Source: Massalongia carnosa (Eukaryota). From it: a stretch of DNA of 64,000 nt. The stretch lies in NCBI GenBank assembly GCA_965645245.1, contig OZ287070.1:1488001-1552000 (forward strand), in the 5' to 3' direction. Of the stretch, positions 38,986 through 49,473 are shown in pieces (position 1 is the first letter of the stretch; each line of letters opens with the position of its first letter). The position numbers were made by a program, and so were the translations under genes. The notes under the pieces are model-generated. The model saw nothing but the letters and a program-made list of their open reading frames with translations. It was not told the DNA's origin and did not search any database.

Positions 38986-39187
38986 AACAGTCAAGAAAAA
39001 ATTTGATGTTCGAATGACTAATTCAAATTTGCTAAATGCGGAAGCTAGCTAATAATGGTTAGCTTTGGGGGGGTGCTTGGCACGCAGGTGACAAAAAAAA
39101 TTTTACTCACAAATTCTGACCCCACCAAACCATCAAATTTTAACCCCTTTTCAACCACCACATTTTATACACCATCGTTTAGCCATG

Positions 39188-39401
39188 TGTAAGAACCACT
39201 ATCCAGGGAAGACGAATAGTAGTCAGCTACCTAAGAGACTAAGCATGAAGAAGAGAAATCTATCTACAAAGAAGAATGTGAAATCTATATGCCCCGTTTG
39301 CCCTTCTTCTCGAAGTTTCCATCCGGCTCTAGAAGCTTATCTCCGAAGCTTCGGTCGGAAAGAGCCGTTGGATTTAGCGCTCCCACGCCCGAGTCCTGAC
39401 A
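39188..39401 (-). repeat. 3' LTR (TG...CA)
   Basis: TGTAAGAACC...GTCCTGACA; matches 47036-47096 plus 47908-48060. Confidence 0.96.
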
Positions 39402-39437
39402 CTACCACCTTCTTGGTTAGCGAGCTCTTGATCGCTG

Positions 39438-42400
39438 TCATGTGATTAGCTTCGGTCGCGGCTTCTTTGGATATTTCCGATGATATTCTTCCACAGTTTC
39501 TTTTGAATTCGCGAAATCTTCGGCCGGATACCATGTGTTATCCGGTAGGTAATTGCTCCATTTTACCTTGTATTGTAGCTTCTTGTTGAAAGTTCTTGAA
39601 TCCAAAATATCATCAATTTCAAATTCTTCCTCGTTGTCAATTATTACCGGTGGTGGAGGCGGGGGTATTTGTCCGGGCAATGGGTCTTTACTTGCTGGTC
39701 GGAGTAATGATGAATGGAAAACATCGTGTATTTTCATCGATGCTGGAAGATCTAACTTATAGCTATTCCCCAAAGCTTTTAATATCTTGTACGGTCCGAT
39801 TATCTTATGATTTAGCTTTTTCGAAGGCCTTTCCGTTTTGATATTTTTGGTTGATAGCCAAACTTCATCTCCTTCTTTATAGGTTGGTGCCTCCTCCCGA
39901 TGATTGTCCGCGAATCTCTTCTGACTTTCTTGGCCTCGTACTAGGTTTTCTTTTCCGAATTCCCAGATTTTCTCCATTGCTTGGCCGATATTTTTTGCTC
40001 GAGTTTTCAATATTCTTTCTCTGGCCGATCCAGTAGATGCGTCAATCGGATAGAAACTCATCCTCGGTTCATACCCATAGTTGACCTGAAATGGAGATAA
40101 TCCACTTGAAGCTGAGACACAGGCATTTGATGCGAACTCGGCCATCGATAGCCACTCTGTCCAGTCATCTTGCTGATAATTGACATAGGTTCTCAGATAT
40201 CGCTCCATTTCTTGATTGGATATTTCGCTTTGGCCGTCGGTCTCGGGATGGAATGCGGTTGATAACTTGGCTTTTATTCCCAGCATTACGCATAGCGATT
40301 TCCATACTAGCGATACGAATTGAGGTCCCCTATCTGAGATTATCGTGGTCGGTAGGCCATGCAATTTCCATACATGTTTTATTAGCATTCGGGCCGTCTC
40401 TTCGGCAGTTGTCCCTTCTTCGTCCATGGTGCATGGAATGTAATGATGCATCTTGGAAAATCGGTCTACTACCATTAATATTGCATTATGACCTTTGCTT
40501 TCAGGTAGGCCAGTTACGAAATCCATTGATATATCTGTCCAGGGCCGGTCTGGTATAGGTAGTGGATTTAATAGTCTGGAATAACCGTCCCTTGGAGCTT
40601 TTGCTCTTTTGCATGTATGACAATTTCGAATGTATTGTTCTATGGTCCCTTTCATCTTTGGCCAAAAAAAGAATTTCTTCATCATCTCGTAGGTCCGCTT
40701 TATTCCCGGATGGCCAACGGCTGGTTGATCGTGAACTTCCTGTATCAGCTTCATTCTCTTTTCTTCGGGGACAAATAGTTTGGCATTATTCTCGAGCGGA
40801 TCTTTCGACTTTTCTGCGTTGATCTCGTTCATTTCAAACCCCATTTCCTTTTGAATTTGAGGGTCTAGGCTTTCGAGAGGTAAGATTATCTGATGTTGAT
40901 GCCTTTGCCTGTCATCTTCCTCTGATTCGGACCTGTCTCCTGGTCTTCTTGTTAGTGCATCTGCCTTTGTATGGAATTTTCCAGCTTGGTATGCGATGAC
41001 AAAATTGAAATCGGCCAGAAATTCAGCCCATCTGGCCTGTCGCCTATTTAGCTTTTTGGTTGTCATGAAATATTCCAAGCTTTTGTGGTCGGTCAACACT
41101 TTGATTGGGAGCTCGATGGATTGCAGCTCAGGCCTCCATTGCTCGAAATATTTGATTATTGCAAGCAATTCTTTATCGTATATTTCATAATTGCATTCGG
41201 CTGGCAACAGGCTCTTTGAAAAGAAGGCTACTGGTCTGATAAGTCCATCTTCACCTCTTTGCGATAATACTCCGGCTGACACATAATCAGATGAATCCGA
41301 TTCCACGAACGTTTCTCGGCTTGGGCTGAAATGCGCGAGGACCGGGGCCTCGGTCACCCGTCTTTTCAATTCGGAAAAAGCTGCTTGGCAGGCTGGGGTC
41401 CAATTGAATGGTTCGTCTTTTCGAGTTAGATGTACGAGGGGTTTGGCTATTTTGGAGAAGTCTTTGATAAAACGTCTATAAAAGTTGATAAATCCTAGAA
41501 AGGCCTGCACCTGTTTAAGATGCCTAGGGATGGCCCATTCGACGACTGCCTCAATTTTGGTAGGGTCCATCTTGATCCCATTCCGCCCGACTACCACTCC
41601 TAGGAACTTTGTTTCGGTCACATGGAATTCGCATTTATCCACATCAGCCTGAATACCAGCTTCTCGAAGCTTTTGTAGAACTTTTCGAACATGTTTTCGG
41701 TGGTCAGTCATGGTTTCACTATAAACCAAGAGATCGTCCAGATAGGCTATTAGGAATTCGTCTAGATATTCTAAGAAGGTATCGTTGATGAAGTTCTGAA
41801 ACGTAGCAGGGCCGTTGGTCAGTCCGAAGGGTAATACTAGAGATTTATATGACCCAAATCGCGTGCGGAAGGTTGTGAGATCTTCGTCCTTTTCGGTTTT
41901 CATCCTAAGTCGGTTAAAGGCATGTCGAATATCTATTCTTGTCAAAAATCTAGCCCTGGCCAATCGAGACATTATCTCAGATATCAGAGGTAGGGGATAT
42001 CGATTTTTTTTGGTGATTTCGTTTAGCTTTCGATAATCGACGCAGAACCGAAGTCCTCCACTCGGTTTCTTGGCGAATAGTATCGGCGAGGCAAATGGGG
42101 CCGAGCTGGCTGTAATAAATCCTTTCTTCAGATTTTCTTCCAAATATCTCTTGACCAGTAGGAGTTCTCCCTCTGACATATTATATAGCGGGGCATGCCC
42201 AGGTCCTTCTTTAGCTTCTAGCAATTCGATGGTATGGTCATGCTTTCTATGAGGGGGCAGTTCATCAGCTTTTTCCTTAGAGAAAACATCAAGAAAATCG
42301 TGATACTCGGGGGGGACTATGGTCTTAGGATCGGTGATTGGCTTTTCTCCCTTGGCTAGTTCAAAGTTGATATCTCTCAGCGAGACTGCAAATATCTCGA

Positions 42401-43106
42401 CATCCTTTTGTTTCGCTAATACATTAAATGGGTCTGCACCTATCATCGCTATATCCAGGGCTTCTTCGCTCTCGGCGTCTTTTCTCCAAGACTTTTGCTT
42501 CAAGATATCTTCCTTTCTTGATCTTCGAACTGAAATCGGGTTCGAGTTGCTATGATTCTTTTCATCGGGTTCGTCTCTTTTCAATATCTTCTTTGGTTGG
42601 AATATAGGCGTGGTGTCCGTTGTTGAGCCCGGTTCTTCTCTCCTGATTGGCAACGATGGGAAAGGCCTTTCGGGGGCACCTAGATGATTGCAATGATCGG
42701 GACGAAAAGAAATCGAATTCGTATGCCCATGATAGCTAACACCATGTTTTCGCATCCAAGGCTTGCCAAGAATAATCGTTTGTTGGCCCAGCTCGGTGAT
42801 CAACATTGGTGTTGAGCTCTCGGTATGGTTTCCAATTTTCAGAGATGGATAAATGGCCTGGGTAATAGGCTTGCCTTTTCTTCCATCATATGCCTTTATC
42901 TCTTTCCGTCTATTTAACGTCACCGGTGAGATATTAGCCTTTTCACATATTTCCTGCGCAGTTAGTCTATCAACAAAACAATAACCAGTAGATCCAGTAT
43001 CAATCATCGCTCTCGTATTATTAAAAATATTTCCTACGATACAATTCTCCATTACTGGATGGTCATCGAATAAATCATCCTCCATAAAGAAAGATGTGAT
43101 AACCAA
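39438..43106 (-). CDS. pol: Gypsy Pol polyprotein (protease, RT, RNase H, integrase, chromodomain); open frame, probably reached by -1 frameshift
   Basis: MIDTGSTG; LPFGLTNGPATFQ, YLDD; VESDSS, NYEIYDKELLAI; H..GH..C..C, SMDF, SDRG, QTDG-like ETDGQSE; FEIDDILDSR..LQYKVKW..TW. Confidence 0.95.
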   Translation of the reverse strand: MVITSFFMEDDLFDDHPVMENCIVGNIFNNTRAMIDTGSTGYCFVDRLTAQEICEKANISPVTLNRRKEIKAYDGRKGKPITQAIYPSLKIGNHTESSTPMLITELGQQTIILGKPWMRKHGVSYHGHTNSISFRPDHCNHLGAPERPFPSLPIRREEPGSTTDTTPIFQPKKILKRDEPDEKNHSNSNPISVRRSRKEDILKQKSWRKDAESEEALDIAMIGADPFNVLAKQKDVEIFAVSLRDINFELAKGEKPITDPKTIVPPEYHDFLDVFSKEKADELPPHRKHDHTIELLEAKEGPGHAPLYNMSEGELLLVKRYLEENLKKGFITASSAPFASPILFAKKPSGGLRFCVDYRKLNEITKKNRYPLPLISEIMSRLARARFLTRIDIRHAFNRLRMKTEKDEDLTTFRTRFGSYKSLVLPFGLTNGPATFQNFINDTFLEYLDEFLIAYLDDLLVYSETMTDHRKHVRKVLQKLREAGIQADVDKCEFHVTETKFLGVVVGRNGIKMDPTKIEAVVEWAIPRHLKQVQAFLGFINFYRRFIKDFSKIAKPLVHLTRKDEPFNWTPACQAAFSELKRRVTEAPVLAHFSPSRETFVESDSSDYVSAGVLSQRGEDGLIRPVAFFSKSLLPAECNYEIYDKELLAIIKYFEQWRPELQSIELPIKVLTDHKSLEYFMTTKKLNRRQARWAEFLADFNFVIAYQAGKFHTKADALTRRPGDRSESEEDDRQRHQHQIILPLESLDPQIQKEMGFEMNEINAEKSKDPLENNAKLFVPEEKRMKLIQEVHDQPAVGHPGIKRTYEMMKKFFFWPKMKGTIEQYIRNCHTCKRAKAPRDGYSRLLNPLPIPDRPWTDISMDFVTGLPESKGHNAILMVVDRFSKMHHYIPCTMDEEGTTAEETARMLIKHVWKLHGLPTTIISDRGPQFVSLVWKSLCVMLGIKAKLSTAFHPETDGQSEISNQEMERYLRTYVNYQQDDWTEWLSMAEFASNACVSASSGLSPFQVNYGYEPRMSFYPIDASTGSARERILKTRAKNIGQAMEKIWEFGKENLVRGQESQKRFADNHREEAPTYKEGDEVWLSTKNIKTERPSKKLNHKIIGPYKILKALGNSYKLDLPASMKIHDVFHSSLLRPASKDPLPGQIPPPPPPVIIDNEEEFEIDDILDSRTFNKKLQYKVKWSNYLPDNTWYPAEDFANSKETVEEYHRKYPKKPRPKLIT

Positions 43107-43126
43107 CTCATTTACCCCCGCCGCGT

Positions 43127-46100
43127 CTATGACGGAGGTGCGTCTTTTCCCGAATCTTCTGCTTCTGCGCTCATCTCGCTAACCCGTCCCTTTCTAGGCT
43201 GAGGGCAGTCTTTGGCCATATGCCCGGTCAGATCGCAGTTAAAACATCTTCCTTCCTTCATTCTTTTCTCCATGATTGGATCGGGATGGGGGGCTCGGGC
43301 CATAAAGGGCGTTGAAGATCGGCTGCTGGTGGCGGACGGCGTTGCGGGAGTACGGGTTAATGCGGGGGTGGAGGCCTTTACGATGGAGGTGGTCCCACCG
43401 GCCGTGCTTGCGATAGGTACTGAGGGGCCAACAAAGTTCTTTCGATAGCCTTTCGTCTTAGTCTCAACCTCGCGGATGGTTTGATCAGTATGCATGCATA
43501 GGCGTGCGAATTCATACAAATCGGTGGCCTTGTAGGCCTCGACGGCTAGCATCTTCTGGAGCTCAAAGTTCATCTTGTTGCGGAGCTCATTCAGTAGGGT
43601 CTTTTCGGAATACCGTATTATCTGGCAAATAAGACCCTGCTTTTGGGTAAGACCCTCCCGGATATAAGACCCGGTTCAAATTGCTTATTTCCGAACATAG
43701 GGGGGGTCCTGCACTATAATTTCGAGATTTTGGGATGACAAATTATCAACAGGGCAATTTTGCGCAAAACAGTAGTAAAAATTCTTTAAGCATCAGTAAA
43801 GATCCCCTGCAAATCAATCGTCATCAACATCCATCTCACTATCGCTATTCAAAACGGCCCCAGATTCAGCACTCAAAACATACTCCCTAACCTCAATGAC
43901 GCCTTCAGTTTCGTCATCCTTCTGCACCTCCTCGCTATTAACAGTTGTATCAGGCTCCTCTACCTCTTTTTTATCCTCCTGACCGGTAGAAAGCTTCCAA
44001 TCGCCTACCGTTATGCCTGGTATGTCTTTAACTGATAACTCATCATCCTCCGACCCGTCTGCAGCAAGAGACAATCCCAACTTTCGAAAGGGTTGACAAA
44101 TCAAAGAAGAATGCTCTAAGTGCATTTCCCTCCATTCTTGTCCCACCCATTTTGTTAGCATAATTCGTCGATCTCCTACCGTGTATGAGCCTTTATTCCA
44201 TTTCTCGAAGTGCTCATCGTAATGAATGTCGGCTAGCCCCGATATTCGATTCTTCAAAGGTTTATTAATGGCGACGTCTAGAACTTGAATAAACCCGGTG
44301 CAGCCGGAAGGAATAAATGATGCTGTGACGTTTAAATCTTTAAGGCTTGTTTAACCTAAAATTTGATAGCAAACATGAGCAGCTTGAAAACAAAATGCTC
44401 AGCTATTTACCTCTTCGGTTTCTTGTCCCGCAAACACATCTAATGATAGAAAACGCCGTGTATTAGCGTTATGAAGTCCTAGAGTAGCGTATTTATACTG
44501 CTGTTTTAGCCATCGACACATGACTTTTCCATTGCGGTAGGCCTTTGGATCCCATTGAACTACTACTCCCGAGTCGTACTGCGTCATCTCTTTCTTGATT
44601 CGACTGCATTTTGTGCTATCTTGGCCTTTAAATATGAGAAGAGGTTTGTGTCGATTAATGCCGTCAGCAGAAACATAAATCATCAAAGTGGCTTGTCTTT
44701 TGTCCCATCCAGACCGATGGGTTTTAATCCATACAGTTTTGGCACCTTTAAAATCGTAGCATTGACCCTGCAGGAACTCGTAAGCAATAGGAGTCTGATC
44801 CATATTGCCGATATCGCAAAGACGAAATCTTCCTCCTCCATGCAAAGGAATTTGACCCAAAAGCGGTTGAGAATTGCGACGATTAAATTGTAACCACAAC
44901 TGGATAATATCGCGAAAGTTCTCGGGACTCTGATATGAACCGAATGCCGTTAGTTCAATATCATCAAAAAAATTAACATTTGATTATTCACCTGCTGAGC
45001 TTTTTTGGTAGGATTTCTGACAGCTATACCACACCTTCGTCTGAATCCACGAAACTAACCATTAGAGATTTGAACTCGGCATACTCAGTCATTCTTCCGG
45101 ATGCTTTAGTCACTCGATGAGGATATAATTGACCATACACCTGACGACCCTGACGAACAAACCAACGTTTATTGATTTTACGTCCAGTGTTACGGGCTTC
45201 CATGAATAACTCCAAAAGTCGCCTTTCAAGCTCAGGCTCTTTACATACACCCATAGCTTTGCTGTCTTTTCGTTTACCTTTAGGTTGAGCGGCGATACTC
45301 GAACTACTTTCAATCCACTTTCTAAGCATCGTGGTAGTAATTCCAAGATTGTTGGCTGCAGCATATTTACTGATAAGCTTCATACTTCCATCCTTCTGAG
45401 ACTTCCAGGTAGTTTGAGCATAGCTAATAGCAGCTAGTTTCTGCTCTCTGGTGTAGGATACTCGATGTCGAGGAGCATCATGTTCGTCGTCAGAAATATC
45501 GCGAAGTGTAGGATGATCGGCCACCTCTCGATGCAGACGAAATTGTTTAATGATAGAAGCATTATCATTGGAACAACCGGGCATGCTAGGCATTGAAGAC
45601 TGCATAAACGCTTTCTTGGGAAGTCGGGCTGAATGCAAGATGCGAAGACTGGTGGACTTTGAATTAGGCCCAGGACGAGGCTGGTTTTGAGCCTGCATAG
45701 AACTCTGGACGTGCGAGGGAGCCATGAAATAAATCAATGAAAAGATGATAAAGGTGGATAAAATGATGAGGTTATACGTAACTGGGATACCTCCAACGCG
45801 GGCCAAACTCCTTCGTGTTTTTCCCCTGCTTACTAAGATCTACTCCCTTATAAGATCATACCTGTTTATAAGACCCCCCCTGCTTATAAGACCCCGTTCC
45901 AAATGACCCTCGGGTTGACCACCCCCCTATAAGACTAGAGTCTTATTTGCCAGATAATACGGTATTCAAGTTCGTTGGCTAAGCGTTGGAATTCTGACCA
46001 GAAGGCATGGAATTCTCGATATTTACCCACTTGTTTAAGGTCGCGGAATTCTCGCAGTGCTGTTTGTTCCTTGTGAGGGTCACCATATACTCGGTTTAAA

Positions 46101-46770
46101 TCATCGAAAATCTCTTCAGCAGTGGTAAATGGTTTGGTAGACTCCTTTCTAAATCTAGAGGCTATATGCTTGACTGCCTCACCACCAACCCGAGTCCGTA
46201 CGTATGCCTTTTTCATGGCCTCGGTAGGTACCAATCCGCATTGCCTTCTAGCTTATTTCGCATGCTAGATAGCCAGTCCTCGAAGTTGTCGTCTTTATTA
46301 TTTTCGAGGATGGGTGGGTCAGGAAGCTTGGAAGATTTGCCAACTCCTTCGGGGGCAGTGTTGACGCGGTAGTGGTCGTGTGTATGCACATTCTCGGCCG
46401 ATGCGGTGCTTGCGGACGATATGTTGGTGTTTTGAAGAAATTGGATTATCACCTTAGCTTTATCCAATTCCTCTTGGGCCGAGTCCCGCTCATCGCGAAG
46501 GGTCCGGGCTATCTCTAACGTTTCATTGAATCTTTCGGCCACCTTGTTCAATAGGTGGGTCTTCGTTCGGGACTCCGTCTTCAACTCAGTTATCATTTCC
46601 ACCACCCGCTGGGGGTCCTGGCGGACAAATTCATTCAGTCTATCCACGGAGTCGATGCTATATGGGGAGTCATCATCAATAATATTAGGGACAATGGACT
46701 CACGTCGGCCCTCCATGGGTTCGTCCATAGTGAGCCTACTCCTTCGAGGCTCGCTGATTACTCGGGGCAT
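43127..46770 (-). pseudogene. gag: Gypsy gag, split by a pogo element and by a 1-nt deletion near 46225
   Basis: KLPDPP; NADWY(P)TEAMKKAYV; LANELEY|SEKTLLNEL rejoins across the TA insertion; zinc knuckle CFNCDLTGHMAKDC; stop TAG 43127-43129. Confidence 0.9.
43613..45962 (-). mobile_element. pogo/Fot1-like (HTH + DDE_1) DNA transposon with intron-containing, damaged transposase
   Basis: 23-bp perfect TIR CCGTATTATCTGGCAAATAAGAC; TA duplication at 43611-43612 and 45963-45964; SYTREQKL, NMDQTP, KPLLIFKG, LSLD, IPSGCTGFIQVLDV; frameshift and TAG near 45060; subterminal TAAGACC repeats. Confidence 0.93.
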
Positions 46771-47035
46771 TTCTTCTTTCTTTCTTGGGGTTGTTCTTAT
46801 CTTGTGATCTTCTATTCGATGGCCGAGAAATCCTGGTTTCTAAGATCCTGGGTTCTGGTTCTGGGTCTGGGTTCTTCTTTTGATTCTGGTAATTCTGGTG
46901 GCCTAGAAATCCTTGCTTCTAAGGTCCTATGATCTGGTTCTAGTCTAAGTTCCGGGTTCTTCTTCTAATTTTCCTGGTTGAACGGTTTAATATCGTGTTC
47001 AGGATAGCAAGGGTTAAAGAAGATGCTTAGTCTAA

Positions 47036-48060
47036 TATAAGAACCACTATCCAGGGAAGACGAATAGTAGTCAGCTACCTAAGAGACTAAGCATGATGAT
47101 GATAAATTCTTACACCGATATGTCACCGGCCGAAGGCCGGCCCATGCGGGCGTGGTTCTATATGACTATTGTACATAGGAAAACCTTTTAAGGAATAAAA
47201 ACCTAGTAACCAGAATTATCGCCTGCGGGATCCCCATGACCCCTCAGTGTACCTAATAACGTGTATCTGTGAGGTCCTTGAAAGAATAAGGAAAAGAACG
47301 AAAGAAAAGGGGAAGAAGTCAAACATTTCAAATGCTGTGTCGACGGGAACTATCCGTACAGCATGGTCGCTGCAATTGAAAACTGTTTTAGTATATCTGC
47401 CCGCATTAACCATGCTGTCAGCTTTTTCAATTTTGCGGAATTTTCAATTATCGTGCGATAATTGTTAGTTTTCACTTGATTAAATAATTCATTTCTTCCG
47501 TCTATTAGCTGACAGTGCATGATGACGTGTTTGGCCGTCTGCCTTGGCCATCCACATATGCACGCCGGTGAGTTTACATTGGGTACCCTTCGGTTGAAAA
47601 GAAAGTTGGCTAGCCCGATTTTCTCCGTGCGAATTTGTGAACTCTCCGCTTTTGCCAAATTGCTGTGAATTTTTAATCTCTTTTTGTCAAGCGAAGCTTG
47701 TTGAGCCTCGGTGGGGAGTGGAATGCGATTTTGATAAGTCGCCCATGTTGACTTCCATATTTTCATATGATGCTCCATGAGCCGCGTATGATGTGCCCGT
47801 TGGGCCGTTCGCGCTTCTCTCAGCTCCTTGAGATATTCTGGACTGGCCTCGTACCACGGGGGCGCGGAAGGCGGTAATCTGACGGCGGCCTCAGAGACTA
47901 AGCATGAAGAAGAGAAATCTATCTACAAAGAAGAATGTGAAATCTATATGCCCCGTTTGCCCTTCTTCTCGAAGTTTCCATCCGGCTCTAGAAGCTTATC
48001 TCCGAAGCTTCGGTCGGAAAGAGCCGTTGGATTTAGCGCTCCCACACCCGAGTCCTGACA
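47036..48060 (-). repeat. 5' LTR, interrupted by a LINE fragment
   Basis: 47036-47096 plus 47908-48060 reconstruct the 214-bp LTR with two G/A differences (one turns terminal TG into TA). Confidence 0.95.
47097..47892 (-). mobile_element. Heavily 5'-truncated Tad1-like LINE (ORF2 C-terminus, 3' UTR, (ATC)n tail)
   Basis: QIRTEKIGLANFLFNRRVP..CICG..QTAKHVIMHC; 15-bp TSD AGAGACTAAGCATGA at 47082-47096 and 47893-47907. Confidence 0.93.
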
Positions 48061-48062
48061 CC

Positions 48063-49181
48063 ATGAATAAAGCTACCACACCTGTTTTGGAGTCGCATGA
48101 GGCTCAGACCCATCATCCTACCCCCACACGGCCAAAGTTCAGGGTGCAGTGGAGTTTTGCGATGCGATGAAGATTCCTTATTTCAAAGAAGATGATTTTC
48201 GTGTTTTCGGCACTTCAAAACAAACTGGCTGGAAAATGTTGACAAGAGAAAATTCCAGTCGTACTAGACACAATGCCGACATTCCTGAAACACGTGGACG
48301 TCATTCAATTGTGACCCCGAGACACATACGAGAGATGGAGCGTATTTTGGAGACAGAAGGCATAGAGGCTCGCGGGTTAACGTGGGTTCAATTGGGCTAC
48401 GAGGTGGGACTGGAGTGCAGTGGTCGTACAATTCAGAGAGTTATGGGTACGATGAATTATCATAAATACATTGCATGTAGAAAGGGCTGGGTCAGCGAAT
48501 CGACGGCTAAACGTCGTTTTGAATGGGCTATCGGCATGAAAGAAAGATATCCTGATGATGAAGACTGGTTTTCTGTACGATTCAGCGATGAGATGCATTA
48601 TAGCTATGGGCCTCAGGGGAAAATTCGCATCATTCGCAAGCCGGGTCAACGATACTGTCAAGATTGTCTTCAAGAAACGAACGAATCAACTGAAAAAGAC
48701 TTGAAAAAAAAGCATGCTTGGGCTGCTGTGGGCCACAATTTCAAGTCAGATATTCGTTTATATGACGTTCCGGGCAACACTAATGGAAAGATGAGTCAAA
48801 GGGTCTATATTGATCAGATTTTGAAGCCTGTCGTCAAGCCGTGGCTTGACAGAGGTGATGATTTCTGTCTGGAAGAAGATGGTGATTCAGGGCACGGTAC
48901 TAGTAAAAACAATATCGTACGCAAAATGGAAGGAAGAAAATGGGTTGAAAAGCTATTTCAACTGTGCTTCGTCTCCTGATCTCTCACCTATTGAAAATTG
49001 CTGGCAGCCACCTAAGCAGTATATTCGCAAATTCCCTCATTGGGATGAGGCCACCACGGTAGGACTGATTCATGAGGGGTGGGCCACGGTTTCGCAAAAT
49101 TTCATCAATAGCAAGGTGGCTGAGATGCCGAAACGGCTGCAAGCGGTGATAGATGGTGACGGTGCGATGACGGGTTATTGA
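48063..49181 (+). pseudogene. DDE_3-like transposase of copy B, two frameshifts
   Basis: MNKATTP...; [45 protein letters not shown]; frameshifts near 48130 and 48925; clearly homologous to copy A. Confidence 0.9.
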
Positions 49182-49310
49182 TAGTAGTAGGAGTAGCAAT
49201 AATAATAGTGTGGTGCCACGATGCAAATAGGGGTCAAACTTTGATGGTTTGGTGGGGTCAAAATTTGTGAGTAAAACTTTTTTTGTCACCCGCGTGCTTG
49301 GGTAACAGTA

Positions 49311-49473
49311 CTCCCTTGCTATGGGCAAGACTACCTCATTCGGTTAGATCCAACCTCATGCGGTTAGATTTAACCCGTAAAAGGGAAGGCGGGTTGCGGA
49401 ACAGTATTGAATTATCAAATAATGCGGAGAGGACGCCGTACGGAAAGGACCAAAAAGAGGCACCTCATTGCGA
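49311..49473 (+). repeat. Dispersed ~165-bp repeat, copy 1 (probable terminal segment of an unidentified TE)
   Basis: Near-identical to 57916-58080 (ACTACCTCATTCGGTTAGATCCAACCTCATGCGG...GGCACCTCATTGCGA). Confidence 0.9.

Larger units (their letters stand above)
39188..48060 (-). mobile_element. Ty3/Gypsy chromovirus LTR retrotransposon
   Basis: Two 214-bp LTRs; 5-bp TSD CCATG (39183-39187, 48061-48065); PPT-like AAGAAGGTGGTAG on minus strand at 39402-39414; gag then PR-RT-RH-IN-chromodomain. Confidence 0.97.
39081..49296 (+). mobile_element. IS630/Tc1-type DNA transposon, copy B, interrupted by a Gypsy element
   Basis: ~70-bp imperfect TIR starting CACGC(A/G)GGTGACAAAAAAA (39081-39151 and 49226-49296); direct repeat CTTGG at 39076-39080 and 49297-49301. 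Confidence 0.93.
38363..49308 (-). mobile_element. Short (~0.73 kb without insert) TIR element carrying a piggyBac-like transposase 3' remnant; right TIR split by Tc1-like copy B
   Basis: CTGTTACCCAAGCACCCCCCAAGCTAACCATTATT at 38363-38397 is the inverse of 39051-39080 joined to 49302-49308. Confidence 0.75.

Noticed and set aside
46840..46980. GGTTCT(G/A)G short repeats in the Gypsy leader
   Set aside because: Degenerate low-complexity leader sequence; no specific function supportable
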